Assembly (NCBI GenBank): GCA_017446095.1
Contig: JAFSRN010000003.1
Coordinates: forward strand, 109,958 to 173,957
Origin: Eubacterium sp.
Lineage (GTDB): Bacteria > Bacillota > Clostridia > Oscillospirales > Acutalibacteraceae
Direction of reading: 5' to 3'
Length of the DNA: 64,000 nt
Part shown: piece by piece, positions 1 to 10,555 of the stretch
Layout: each line of letters starts with the position of its first letter
Numbering within the stretch: position 1 is the first letter of the stretch
Made by a program: the position numbers and the translations under genes
The notes under the pieces: model-generated
Database searches by the model: none
What the model saw: only the letters and a program-made list of their open reading frames with translations
What the model was told of the DNA's origin: nothing

Positions 1-100
1 TGGAGGATCTACATCCTTTAAACCGGATAAATGGAATTATCTGTTTTCAAAAGACTGGGCGCTCTGTTAATGTTGATTATTACTCGTTTTAGGTGAAATT

Positions 101-1075
101 ATGAGTTATTGTAATTTGGTTTTTCCATCTGATTCCTTGTTCCTCGTCACAGGTGGTGCCGGATTTATCGGTTCTAACCTGTGTGAAGCAATATTGAATC
201 TTGGATATAAAGTTCGTTGCCTCGATGATTTGTCAACAGGCAAGAAGGAAAATGTTGATTTGTTTATCGATAATCCTAACTATGAATTCATCAAAGGTGA
301 TATAAAAGATCTTGACACCTGTATGGATGCTTGCAAAGGCGTAGACTACGTACTTAATCAGGCTGCGTGGGGAAGCGTTCCGAGAAGCATTGAAATGCCG
401 TTGTTTTACTGTGCAAACAATATTCAAGGCACGCTTAATATGCTTGAGGCGTCAAGGCAGTGTGGCGTTAAAAAGTTTGTATATGCTTCGAGTTCGTCTG
501 TTTACGGCGACGAGCCGAATCTCCCTAAAAAAGAGGGTAGGGAAGGCAACCTTCTTTCTCCGTACGCTGTTTCAAAGCGTGCTGATGAAGAGTGGGCGAA
601 GCAATACACCATGCATTACGGGCTTGATACATACGGACTTCGTTATTTTAATGTATTCGGCAGACGTCAGGATCCTAATGGCGCTTACGCTGCGGTGATT
701 CCGAAATTCATCAAGCAACTGCTTGACGGCGAAACGCCAACTATCAACGGTGACGGTAAGCAGAGCCGTGATTTTACTTACATTGAAAACGTTATTGAAG
801 CTAACTTAAAAGCATGTCTTGCTTCAAGCGAGGTTGCCGGTCAGGCTTACAACATTGCATATGGCGGCAGGGAATACCTGATTGATATTTACTACGGTTT
901 AACTGAGGCGCTTGGATTGGACATTGAACCGAACTTCGGTCCTGACCGCGCAGGCGACATCAAGCACAGTAATGCGGATATCTCAAAAGCAAAAGAGCTT
1001 CTTGGCTATTCGCCCGACTGGAGTTTTGACAGAGGAATTAAAGCTGCTATTGAGTGGTATAAGAACAATCTATAG
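101..1075 (+). CDS. wbpP: NAD-dependent UDP-HexNAc(A) 4-epimerase, WbpP/TviC-like
   Basis: GGAGFIGS Rossmann motif, AAWGSVPRS, YAVSK catalytic YxxxK, LRYFNVFG..QDPNGAYAAVIPKF typical of WbpP/TviC. Confidence 0.85.
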   Translation: MSYCNLVFPSDSLFLVTGGAGFIGSNLCEAILNLGYKVRCLDDLSTGKKENVDLFIDNPNYEFIKGDIKDLDTCMDACKGVDYVLNQAAWGSVPRSIEMPLFYCANNIQGTLNMLEASRQCGVKKFVYASSSSVYGDEPNLPKKEGREGNLLSPYAVSKRADEEWAKQYTMHYGLDTYGLRYFNVFGRRQDPNGAYAAVIPKFIKQLLDGETPTINGDGKQSRDFTYIENVIEANLKACLASSEVAGQAYNIAYGGREYLIDIYYGLTEALGLDIEPNFGPDRAGDIKHSNADISKAKELLGYSPDWSFDRGIKAAIEWYKNNL

Positions 1076-1090
1076 TTTTTAGGAGTTTAA

Positions 1091-2341
1091 ATGGGTAATA
1101 ATATTTTTGAAAAATATGAATCTAAAGTTCGTTCGTATTGCAGGCATTTTCCTGTAGTTTTTAGCGAGGCAAAAGATGCTACACTAACTGATGAAGAAGG
1201 AAATAGTTATATTGACTTCTTTTGCGGCGCAGGTGCAGTAAATTACGGACATAATAATTCATACATAAAAGAAAAGGTAGCAGATTATCTCAATACCGAC
1301 GGGATTATTCATGCTCTTGATATGTACACTATTCCAAAGCGTGAATTTATTGAGACTTTTGAAGAAAAGATTATTAAACCACGTGGCTTGGATTATAAAA
1401 TTCAGTTTTGCGGACCAACCGGTACAAATGCTGTAGAGGCTGCAATAAAACTTGCCAGAAAGGTTAAAGGTAGACGCAATATCTTTGCTTTTATGGGTTG
1501 TTTTCACGGAATGACTCTTGGTGCCCTTTCTCTCACATCGGAAATGTATGCAAGAAACGGCGCCGGTGCAAGCCTTTATGATGTAACCCACGTCCCTTCG
1601 CCGTATATGTTTAACGGTCTTGATGTAATTGAATATATGCAAACGTTGTTGGATGACGACCATTCCGGAGTGGATAAACCAGCGGCGTTAATAATGGAAA
1701 CACTTCAGGCAGAGGGCGGAATCAGACCTTTTGAAACTGAGTTTTTGAAGGATGTTCGCGCATTTTGTGATAAAAATGATATCCTGCTTATCATTGATGA
1801 TATTCAAGTTGGTTGCTGCAGAACAGGTTCATTCTTTTCGTTCGAGCGTGCCGGCATAGTTCCCGATATGGTTGTAATGTCTAAGTCAATAGGCGGTATC
1901 GGTATGCCGCTTGCTATTGTTCTTTTGAAAAACGAACTTGATATTTGGCAACCTGCTGAACACAATGGTACTTTCAGAGGCAACCAATTGTCATTAGTTG
2001 CAGGTAAGGCCTCGTTCGACTGGTTATTAGATAATAATATTGAAGAAGAAACCATTCGAAAGGGTAGTATAGTAAAAGATTTTTTAGAAAAAGAGATACT
2101 TCCTCTTGATGATAGGATTCAAATCAGAGGTTTGGGCCTTATTTGGGGCATCGATTTTAGCAATATCAATCCGGATATTGCAGATGAAGTAATTGATGGA
2201 TGCTTTAAGAACAATCTTATTTGCGAATGTGCCGGTAGAAATGGCTCTGTTGTTAAAATTATGCCACCTCTGGTAATTAGTGACAAATTATTGTACAAAG
2301 GCTTAAATATATTAATTGAAGTTATAAAACGAACATTGTAA
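1091..2341 (+). CDS. ectB: Diaminobutyrate--2-oxoglutarate transaminase family (class III PLP aminotransferase)
   Basis: ESKVRSYCRHFPVVF, DFFCGAGAVNYGHN, GPTGTNAVEAAIKLARK, DDIQVGC, SKSIGG, GEH-like AEHNGTFRGN motifs of EctB/Dat. Confidence 0.85.
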   Translation: MGNNIFEKYESKVRSYCRHFPVVFSEAKDATLTDEEGNSYIDFFCGAGAVNYGHNNSYIKEKVADYLNTDGIIHALDMYTIPKREFIETFEEKIIKPRGLDYKIQFCGPTGTNAVEAAIKLARKVKGRRNIFAFMGCFHGMTLGALSLTSEMYARNGAGASLYDVTHVPSPYMFNGLDVIEYMQTLLDDDHSGVDKPAALIMETLQAEGGIRPFETEFLKDVRAFCDKNDILLIIDDIQVGCCRTGSFFSFERAGIVPDMVVMSKSIGGIGMPLAIVLLKNELDIWQPAEHNGTFRGNQLSLVAGKASFDWLLDNNIEEETIRKGSIVKDFLEKEILPLDDRIQIRGLGLIWGIDFSNINPDIADEVIDGCFKNNLICECAGRNGSVVKIMPPLVISDKLLYKGLNILIEVIKRTL

Positions 2342-2354
2342 TTGTTTTTTTGTC

Positions 2355-3470
2355 ATGGAAAAGGTTAGAATTTTATTTTTAATTAACAGTCTTGGTGGCG
2401 GCGGGGCAGAAAAAGCTCTTGTAAATCTTATTAATAATCTTGATGATTGCAAGTATGATATCACCGTTGAAACAATGTTTGATGACGGAGTAAATGCTAA
2501 GTTACTCAATAATAACATAAATTATGTATCAAAAAAAGCACCTTGTCCAAAGGGAATCTCCTCTTTTTTTAAAATCATTCCTTCTTACTTTTTGTATAAG
2601 TTCTTCATAAATGATTGTAGCTATGATATCTTGATAGCATACATGCACGGTGTCCCTGTTAAAGTTATTTGTGGTAACAAGAAGACTAAGAAAATTGCTT
2701 GGATTCATAATGGTAATCCAGAATCTTCAGTTATGTTTACGCCTTGGATAACTAAAAATTTTGCATTCAAAAGATATGATTCATGTGATTCAATCGTCGG
2801 TGTTTGTAACAGCGTTTCGGATGCGTTTAAAGATTTCACAGGTATCAGGGATAAAGTTTACACTGCCTATAATACTCTTGATACAGACGCTATTTCAAAA
2901 CTAGCTTTAGTTAATCCAGATATTATTTTTGATACCTCAAAAATTAATATTTGTTCTACCGGCAGACTGGGAAGGGAAAAAGGTTACTCACGACTTCTTG
3001 ATGTTTGTAGTTATTTAAAGAACGACGGGTTCGATTTTTCTCTTTATTTAATCGGTTCCGGTTCAGAGGAAAATGCATTAAAGAACAGAGCAGATGAATT
3101 AGGTTTAAATGATAATGTTGTTTTCCTTGGCTTTCAGGATAATCCGTATAAGTATGTTAACAAATGCGACATCTTTGTATGTTCTTCATTTACTGAAGGC
3201 TTGAGTACTGCAACCATTGAGGCGTTGGTTTTAGGAAAAGCAATAGTATCAACTGATGTATCAGGTGCGTATGAGATACTTGGCGATAACGAATTCGGTT
3301 TAGTTGTGGATAATTCTCAGGACGGCATTTATAAAGGTTTGAAAACATTGATGTCTGATGAGGAATTAGTTAAGTATTACCAAAAACAAGCTGTAGAACA
3401 CAGAGATGTATTTAGCATTGAAAATACAGTAAAAGAAGTAGAAAGAATTATTGATTGCACTTTAAAGTAG
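2355..3470 (+). CDS. Glycosyltransferase family 4 (GT-B)
   Basis: LGGGGAEK N-terminus, GRLGREKG, SSFTEGLSTATIEA (Ex7E). Confidence 0.9.
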   Translation: MEKVRILFLINSLGGGGAEKALVNLINNLDDCKYDITVETMFDDGVNAKLLNNNINYVSKKAPCPKGISSFFKIIPSYFLYKFFINDCSYDILIAYMHGVPVKVICGNKKTKKIAWIHNGNPESSVMFTPWITKNFAFKRYDSCDSIVGVCNSVSDAFKDFTGIRDKVYTAYNTLDTDAISKLALVNPDIIFDTSKINICSTGRLGREKGYSRLLDVCSYLKNDGFDFSLYLIGSGSEENALKNRADELGLNDNVVFLGFQDNPYKYVNKCDIFVCSSFTEGLSTATIEALVLGKAIVSTDVSGAYEILGDNEFGLVVDNSQDGIYKGLKTLMSDEELVKYYQKQAVEHRDVFSIENTVKEVERIIDCTLK

Positions 3471-3483
3471 TTTAGGTGAATAA

Positions 3484-4326
3484 ATGGCGCATTCTATTGA
3501 TGAAAAAGTTCATAACGGCACGATATCTATTCTTATGGGCATATATAACTGTGCACCTACACTCAGAGAAGCAATCGATTCTATTATTGATCAGACTTAT
3601 GATAACTGGGAACTGATATTGTGCGACGACTGCTCTACTGATGATACATACAATATTGCTGCTGAGTACAGAGATAAATATCCCGAAAAGATTATTCTTT
3701 TGCAAAATAAAACTAATTCGAGGCTTGCATTTACGCTTAATTACTGCCTTGAGCACGCAACCGGTGAATTCGTTGCACGAATGGATGGTGATGATATCAG
3801 TGCGCCTGACCGTTTTGAAAAGCAGGTTGCTTTTTTGAAATCTCACCCCGATATTGTTCTTGTCGGCACTGCTATGCAACGTTTTTCTGATGACGGTTCG
3901 TACGGTGCAATTGCGTATTGTGAAGAATATCCTGACAAAGATACGCCTTATAAAACCGGTTTGGTTTTCAATCATGCTACGATTATGGCTTATCGATGGG
4001 TATATGAGGAACTTGGCGGTTACACGGTATCACCACGCACTATGCGCGGACAGGATCGCGATTTGTGGTATCGCTTCCTTGCTGCAGGTTATAAAGGTGC
4101 CAACATTCAGGAACCGTTGTATTTGGTGCGTGAGAATGAAGATGCGATTAAACGCAGAAGCTCTAAAGTCAGATGGAATTCTTACAAAACTGAAGTAATA
4201 GGTTATTCACTTTTACACTATAACTTTTTAAGATACATTAAACCTACTATAGGTCTTTTAAAGATTTTTGTGCCTGCAAATCTTATGCTGTATTATCGTA
4301 AATGGCAGGCAGAACATCAAAAATAA
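3484..4326 (+). CDS. Glycosyltransferase family 2
   Basis: ISILMGIYN, DDCSTD, ARMDGDD. Confidence 0.9.
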   Translation: MAHSIDEKVHNGTISILMGIYNCAPTLREAIDSIIDQTYDNWELILCDDCSTDDTYNIAAEYRDKYPEKIILLQNKTNSRLAFTLNYCLEHATGEFVARMDGDDISAPDRFEKQVAFLKSHPDIVLVGTAMQRFSDDGSYGAIAYCEEYPDKDTPYKTGLVFNHATIMAYRWVYEELGGYTVSPRTMRGQDRDLWYRFLAAGYKGANIQEPLYLVRENEDAIKRRSSKVRWNSYKTEVIGYSLLHYNFLRYIKPTIGLLKIFVPANLMLYYRKWQAEHQK

Positions 4327-4349
4327 TTATCCACTAAGGTTTATTCATT

Positions 4350-5534
4350 ATGACTAAAGCTATTGCATTGCCCATATGGGTGCTGTTAATACAACTTCTA
4401 TATAGAAATAACTCACGAGAACCTGAAAGCACTCTCGTCTGCGATGACTATTTCATCAATAGAGCAAAGAAGAGTTATGCTATTATTTTGCTTTTGCTTC
4501 CGTTCTTTTTCGCGGCATTCAGAGTAGAATTTGCTGATACTGAGTCGTATATTCATACTTTTAATAGTATTTCAGATTACAGCTCTCTAACTGCATTTGC
4601 CAATTCATATGGGAAATGTGAGTTGTTTTATGGTATAGAGTATTATTTTTACAAGTACATATCTCAAGATGCGCAATTCTTTTTGTTTTTAGTTGCACTG
4701 TTACAGTCGGTTCTTTTTATCAGAACTATCAGACGTTTTAGCGAAGACTTTGGTATGAGCGCCTATGTATTTGTTTGTAATGCAATGGTGTTCAACTGGA
4801 TGTGTAACGGTATCAGACAGTTTATCGTTGTGGCTATTCTGTTTTCACTTGTTGACACTGTTTTAAAAGGAAAGTGGTATATTTTTCTTCCTATTGTGGT
4901 ATTTCTTACCGGACTATCACCTTTTTACAAAATGCTCGGCATTGAGGGCAGACCGATTTGGTTTTTATGCGGTATTCACGAATCCGCAATTATAGTTTTG
5001 CCGATTTATTTTATTGTTAGAGGCAAAGCTTTAACTAAAAAAGTTTGGATCTTGCTGGGTGTATTATTGGTCTTAACTGCCCTTGGATTACTAGATTCAT
5101 TCCTCGACACATCTACCGAAAACACTATGTATGCAAATGAAATGGATCACGTTCATGCTGATGATGGTACTAATCCAATACGCGTTTTGGTTTCTTCTAT
5201 CCCGGTTTTGTTAGTTTTATATAAAAGAAGAAACATTATTAATTCCGAATTACCGTCTATTATCAGTCTTTCAATTAATATGTCGTTCGTTTCTTCTACA
5301 CTGTATATTGCAAGTATATTTACAAGTGGCATTTTTGTTGGCAGACTACCTGCGTATTGCGAAGTATATAATCTTATTCTTCTTCCGTGGTTAATTATCA
5401 ATTTCCACCCTCATGACAGAAGGATTATTTCGCCACTCTTATATGCACTTTACTTGGTTTACTTCATTTATCAAGTTCTTATTGTATGGGGCGATAATCA
5501 GTTTATTATTCAAATTTTTGGAACTCAATTCTGA
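4350..5534 (+). CDS. EpsG-family membrane protein, putative Wzy polymerase
   Basis: Multi-TM; RVEFADTESY, NGIRQF, HESA, GRLPAY motifs resemble EpsG. Confidence 0.75.
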   Translation: MTKAIALPIWVLLIQLLYRNNSREPESTLVCDDYFINRAKKSYAIILLLLPFFFAAFRVEFADTESYIHTFNSISDYSSLTAFANSYGKCELFYGIEYYFYKYISQDAQFFLFLVALLQSVLFIRTIRRFSEDFGMSAYVFVCNAMVFNWMCNGIRQFIVVAILFSLVDTVLKGKWYIFLPIVVFLTGLSPFYKMLGIEGRPIWFLCGIHESAIIVLPIYFIVRGKALTKKVWILLGVLLVLTALGLLDSFLDTSTENTMYANEMDHVHADDGTNPIRVLVSSIPVLLVLYKRRNIINSELPSIISLSINMSFVSSTLYIASIFTSGIFVGRLPAYCEVYNLILLPWLIINFHPHDRRIISPLLYALYLVYFIYQVLIVWGDNQFIIQIFGTQF

Positions 5535-5558
5535 TTTCTTTTTTTGAGGTGATCAATA

Positions 5559-6776
5559 ATGGATGTATTAATTATTACGGGCAGTCCATTACGACTAAAC
5601 TCATCTGCAAATCTTTGCCATAGAGCTTATATATTTGGACTGATTGAAAATGGCAATACTGTTGATATCATTGAGATGTCTGAAAAGGATCTTAATATTG
5701 ATGACACTATCACTGTTCCTGATTTTAGAAATGTGTATGAATACGGTAGTTCATTTTATAGCAAACTTGGTGCAAAAAAGAGCAGTACAATTGTTATTAG
5801 TCGCACTGATAGTGAAGAGAACTTGAAATTTAATATCAACTTTAAATCGAAGCTTAAAAGGTTTGTGAGAACAAAACTATACGGTATATATGGAATGGAT
5901 ATAGTTTGGTATTATAAGGTTAAGTTTGGATACAAACAAAATGCAAATTATGATTTAGTTGTTTCTCTCGCGTACCCTTTAGTTAGTCATAAAGTGGCTG
6001 AATTTCTGTTAAAGAAACGGATTGTTGCAAAAAAGTGGATTCAGATTTGGGAAGATCCTTGGTCGCTTGCTCCCGGAAATAATTACAGAAATCCAAAATC
6101 ATTACGTGAAGAGCGTAGAATACTCTCAAAAGCCGATGAAATAATATATGTCAGTCCTATAACGCTTAGTTATCAAAAAGAAGAATTCCCTGAATCATCT
6201 GATAAAATGAGATGGCTTCCGCTTCCATCGTATTTTTCTGAAAACGATAATAATATTGATTTTTCAGAACTGAAATTTGGTTATTTTGGAGATTATACTT
6301 CAGACGTCAGAAACCTTAAACCTTTTTACAATGTTGTTAATGATTTTAAACTAAATACTGTTATATGCGGGAAATCTGATTTGAACTTGGTTTCTAACGA
6401 TTCAATTACCATTCGTCCAAGAATACCTATTGGAGAATTAAAAGAGTATGAAGAAAAAACTAATGTTCTGGTGCTTCTATGTAATCTTGGAGGTGGTCAG
6501 ATTCCGGGGAAGATTTATCAGTGCTCTGCTACAAATAAATTGATATTGTTTATACTTGATGGTTCTGATGATGAGAAAAGAATAATAACGGAATATTTTT
6601 CTCAATTTAACCGATTTGTTTTTTGCGATAATAATGAAGACTCTATTAAAGATGCTATCAATAGTATTCCGAAATATCTGAAATCTGATTGTTATACAAA
6701 GCCATTAGATTTATTTAGCCCTAAGAATATTGCAAGATGCATTGTTGAAAACACTGATTTAGATTATTGTACTTAA
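5559..6776 (+). CDS. Putative GT-B glycosyltransferase
   Basis: WEDPW, ADEIIYVSP, YFGDY..., QIPGKIYQ pattern seen in divergent GT4-like capsule proteins. Confidence 0.55.
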   Translation: MDVLIITGSPLRLNSSANLCHRAYIFGLIENGNTVDIIEMSEKDLNIDDTITVPDFRNVYEYGSSFYSKLGAKKSSTIVISRTDSEENLKFNINFKSKLKRFVRTKLYGIYGMDIVWYYKVKFGYKQNANYDLVVSLAYPLVSHKVAEFLLKKRIVAKKWIQIWEDPWSLAPGNNYRNPKSLREERRILSKADEIIYVSPITLSYQKEEFPESSDKMRWLPLPSYFSENDNNIDFSELKFGYFGDYTSDVRNLKPFYNVVNDFKLNTVICGKSDLNLVSNDSITIRPRIPIGELKEYEEKTNVLVLLCNLGGGQIPGKIYQCSATNKLILFILDGSDDEKRIITEYFSQFNRFVFCDNNEDSIKDAINSIPKYLKSDCYTKPLDLFSPKNIARCIVENTDLDYCT

Positions 6777-6817
6777 TAACGTTTGTTGTTAAAATTATTA
6801 TTACGGATTTGAGAATA

Positions 6818-7375
6818 ATGCTTATGGCTTCAATTAAAAGACTATTTAAAAGATTGTTTATTGGCAATTCTGAAATTGAATACAACTATTTGATAAATCA
6901 CGGTTTTAAGCCCGGCGAGAATTTTAATTGTTATAGTCCTTTTGCTATTGATTCAAACTTCCCATATCTTATTAAGATAGGAGACAATGTTACAATTGCA
7001 GCTGATGTCAAAATACTTGCTCATGATGCAAGTGTTCATATTGTAAACTTGCCGACTAAAATTTGTAAAGTTTGTATTGGCAACAACGTATTCATTGGCA
7101 ATAGATCAGTTGTATTATGCAACACAACAATTGGCGATAACGTTATAATTGGTGCCGGAAGTGTAGTAACAAAAGATGTTCCCTCAAACTCTGTTGTTGC
7201 AGGCAATCCCGCAAGGTATATTATGTCAATTGAAGAATATAAAAATAAACATATCAATTACTTTTCTACACATCATCGATTTACCGAGCACGCACATAGT
7301 GATTGAATTAACGCAGGAGAGGAATCTTGGAATTATATGAATGAAACGCTTGGCGATGATTTCGGTTATGTTTAA
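6818..7375 (+). pseudogene. Hexapeptide-repeat O-acetyltransferase with in-frame TGA at 7304-7306 (open frame continues to TAA at 7373-7375)
   Basis: Left-handed beta-helix repeats ([33 protein letters not shown]); post-TGA frame aligns with C-terminus of paralog at 11806. Confidence 0.75.
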
Positions 7376-7389
7376 TTTGGTATTATATT

Positions 7390-8349
7390 ATGAAAAAAAT
7401 AAGTGTAATTGTTCCGGTTTATAATGTTGAGGATTATCTTGATAAATGTGTTGAAAGTATAGTTAACCAAACATATACAAATCTTGAGATTATCCTTGTT
7501 GATGATGGCTCAACTGATTCTTCAGGGAATAAATGTGACGAATGGGCTTCAAAGGATGAACGTATAATTGTTATTCACAAAGAGAACGGCGGACTTTCTG
7601 ATGCAAGGAATACCGGTATTGAGTTGGCCACAGGAGAGTTTCTGTCTTTTGTAGACAGTGATGATTATGTTAGCGAAAATTTTTTGGAGTCTATGTACTT
7701 GGCAATGAATAAGTATAATTGTGAATTAGCTATTTGTAATGTTACCACTGTTGATGAAGACGGAAAACTAAACGAACAATTCTATCAGCCTTTTAATAGA
7801 TTAACTTTAGCTAAATCGCACAATAAGTATGAATCACTCTCATTTCATTCAGCTTCGAATAAACTATATAAAAAAAGGCTGTTTGATACCATTAGATATC
7901 CAAAAGGAAAGCTATATGAAGATTTGTTTGTTTACCATTATATTTTAGATGAAGTTGATAAAACGGCATATACCGGCATTAATTCCTATTTTTATTGTAG
8001 AAGAAGCGGAAGTATCATGACTTCTCCATATACGATTAGGTCAACAGATATAATTTATGGGTACTATGATCGTGCAAAATTTCTTGATGATAGAAAAGAA
8101 TACCGTTTAGCTGATGAGGATTATCTTTGGGTTTATTCAAGAGTGGCAATTGCATTTTCTCATCTTGATAAATCTGTATCAGAGAATAAAGCAAAATTGA
8201 AAGAGGTTAAAAGATTATACAATTCTGTAGCTTTTAGAATGATAGTTAGAGGAGCGTATTCGATAAAACAAAGAATTCGGTGCTGTGTACTACTATTATC
8301 TCCATCTTTGCATGAGTTACTTTACCCCACAAAGCATATGATGAATTAA
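7390..8349 (+). CDS. Glycosyltransferase family 2 (EpsJ-like)
   Basis: ISVIVPVYN, DDGSTD, NGGLSDARN, FVDSDD. Confidence 0.92.
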   Translation: MKKISVIVPVYNVEDYLDKCVESIVNQTYTNLEIILVDDGSTDSSGNKCDEWASKDERIIVIHKENGGLSDARNTGIELATGEFLSFVDSDDYVSENFLESMYLAMNKYNCELAICNVTTVDEDGKLNEQFYQPFNRLTLAKSHNKYESLSFHSASNKLYKKRLFDTIRYPKGKLYEDLFVYHYILDEVDKTAYTGINSYFYCRRSGSIMTSPYTIRSTDIIYGYYDRAKFLDDRKEYRLADEDYLWVYSRVAIAFSHLDKSVSENKAKLKEVKRLYNSVAFRMIVRGAYSIKQRIRCCVLLLSPSLHELLYPTKHMMN

Positions 8350-8368
8350 CGTTAAAGGAAACATAGAA

Positions 8369-9529
8369 ATGAGAAAACGAATATTATTTATATGCTACGG
8401 ATTGGGCATTGGTGGAATAGAAACGTGCTTTGTAAATTTGTTGAATCAATTATCTGTCTTAGAAGCAGATATTGATGTGTTACTGATGAATCCGATTTTT
8501 GATTTGAAAGATAGGATTGTTGCGGAGAACGTTCATTTTATACCGCAATTTGACTATGTTTTAAATACAACAGATGTTATGCCATATATTCAAAAGCACG
8601 GCGGAATCATTCGAAATTTTAATATATTCTTTCGGTATATATTGTTCAGACTGGCAGTTAAATTTGGATTTATGAACCCTTGGATGCTTTTTAAAGCACT
8701 TTCGACGGATTATGACACAGCGGTAGTTTATGCTAAAAGCTCATATGCTCCGTTTTATGCGATTGATAAAGTAAATGCTAAAAAAAAGATTTTGTGGAAT
8801 CACGAAGGTGTTTACGAATTTCCAAAGAAAAAATATAAGCTCGATAAAGAATATTTTCCTCGTTTTGACAAGATAGTTTCGGTTTCTACCGATTCAATGA
8901 ATAATTTATGCGAATATTTCCCGGTTAGAGAAAAATCTGTAGTGATAAAAAATGTTGTAGATGTGAGATATATACGAAGTAAAGCAACAGAGTTTGTTCC
9001 GTTATCTTATTCAAGTGATTATGTTAATATCGTTACTGTTGGTAGATTAGTAGAACAAAAAAAACCTGATTGGGCCATCGCAGTATGTGCAAATCTGGTT
9101 AAAATGGGGTATAAAATCAAATGGCATTGGGTTGGCAATGGAAATCTTGAAAAGGATGTGCGTGAAAGCATTGATGAGAATAATTTGGCTGATAGTTTCA
9201 TTTTGGAAGGAGATCAGATTAATCCGTATCCCTTTATCAACTATGCAGATATATATGTTCAATCCTCCCGTCACGAAGCATATTGCACTACAATTACGGA
9301 AGCTAAAGTACTGTATAAGCCTATTATTACAACAGACGTAGGCGGAATGCGCGATCAGATTGAAGATGGTGCAACAGGGGTAATTACAGAAGTATCTGTA
9401 GATGCACTTACGAAAGCGGTAGCTTCAATGATTGATAATAAGGAAGAAAGACACAGAATTAGTTCTAAACTTAAAGAAGAAGACTATGAAAATAGTATCG
9501 ATCCGTATATACATATACTTTTTGATTGA
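8369..9529 (+). CDS. Glycosyltransferase family 4
   Basis: GLGIGGIE, VGRLVEQK, SRHEAYCTTITEA. Confidence 0.88.
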   Translation: MRKRILFICYGLGIGGIETCFVNLLNQLSVLEADIDVLLMNPIFDLKDRIVAENVHFIPQFDYVLNTTDVMPYIQKHGGIIRNFNIFFRYILFRLAVKFGFMNPWMLFKALSTDYDTAVVYAKSSYAPFYAIDKVNAKKKILWNHEGVYEFPKKKYKLDKEYFPRFDKIVSVSTDSMNNLCEYFPVREKSVVIKNVVDVRYIRSKATEFVPLSYSSDYVNIVTVGRLVEQKKPDWAIAVCANLVKMGYKIKWHWVGNGNLEKDVRESIDENNLADSFILEGDQINPYPFINYADIYVQSSRHEAYCTTITEAKVLYKPIITTDVGGMRDQIEDGATGVITEVSVDALTKAVASMIDNKEERHRISSKLKEEDYENSIDPYIHILFD

Positions 9530-9542
9530 GGGTGTTATTTAA

Positions 9543-10544
9543 ATGACAAAGATTAGTATTATTATTCCTGTTTATAACACAGAAGAATACCTAACCGAGT
9601 GTCTTGAAAGCGTTATTAATCAGACGCTAAAGGAAATTGAAATAATAATTATTAACGATGCTTCTCCTGATAATTCCATTGAAATTATTAAGAGGTTTAT
9701 GAGTAACGACAGCCGGATTGTATTGATTGATAAAAAGCACAACGAGGGCGTCGGCAAGGCTCGTAATGACGGAATTGATAAAGCAAAGGGCGAGTTTGTT
9801 TGCTTTATGGATTCGGACGATTTGTATTCTGAAAACGACGTTCTCGAGGCTTTGTACCATGCGGCAAAGGAGAATCATGTTCCTGTTTCAGGCGGCAGGC
9901 TTGAACTGTTAGAGGACAAAGGCACCATTCATCTTAAGGAGAATCCTTTTAGCGAATACGGTATTGATTTTTATCAGAACGGAATGATGAATTACAGTGA
10001 TTTTCAGTATGACTATAATTATCAGTGCTATTTAATTAGCCGAAAACTGATAACTGAAAACGACATTTACTTTCCGTATTATTCCAGATTTCAGGATCCG
10101 CCGTTTTTTATTAAGGCCATGAACGCAGCAGGAAGTTATTATTTTATTGACAAGCCTGTTTACAGGTACAGACTTCTTCCGTCAGCTTCAAAGTTTTCAT
10201 CTAAAAAAACATTAGACCTTCTTGACGGAATTATGGATAATCTTAATTATTCCAGAGAAAATTCGCTAGCAAAGTTGCATTATCAGACAGCAATGCGCCT
10301 TTATAAAGATGCTTCGTTTATGGCGGCTAAAAATATTAATGACGATGATTTCCCTTTATTATTAGAAAAATTTATCACTGTAATGAATTTAGTCAATAAG
10401 AAAATGATAGAAGCGGAAGGGTATAATCTTCCTAATCCTTTTCTTCCGGAAGTTTTTTCCTATATGCGTAATGCAACTGTGAAGTATGAAAATTTGAGAA
10501 ATAACAAGATTTTTAAAATAGCTTCAAAGGTACTGAAGCACTAA
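9543..10544 (+). CDS. Glycosyltransferase family 2
   Basis: ISIIIPVYN, NDASPD, GVGKARN, FMDSDD. Confidence 0.9.
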   Translation: MTKISIIIPVYNTEEYLTECLESVINQTLKEIEIIIINDASPDNSIEIIKRFMSNDSRIVLIDKKHNEGVGKARNDGIDKAKGEFVCFMDSDDLYSENDVLEALYHAAKENHVPVSGGRLELLEDKGTIHLKENPFSEYGIDFYQNGMMNYSDFQYDYNYQCYLISRKLITENDIYFPYYSRFQDPPFFIKAMNAAGSYYFIDKPVYRYRLLPSASKFSSKKTLDLLDGIMDNLNYSRENSLAKLHYQTAMRLYKDASFMAAKNINDDDFPLLLEKFITVMNLVNKKMIEAEGYNLPNPFLPEVFSYMRNATVKYENLRNNKIFKIASKVLKH

Positions 10545-10555
10545 TGAGGAGTAGA

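Noticed and set aside
1091-2341. Ectoine biosynthesis cluster
   Set aside because: No ectA or ectC adjacent; the GNAT at 20313 is 18 kb away in another module
7304-7306. Genome-wide UGA=Trp recoding or selenocysteine
   Set aside because: Several neighbouring genes end in TGA at natural boundaries (5534, 9529, 13318, 18891), TGG is used freely, the aligned residue is Trp not Cys, and no SECIS-like hairpin is evident
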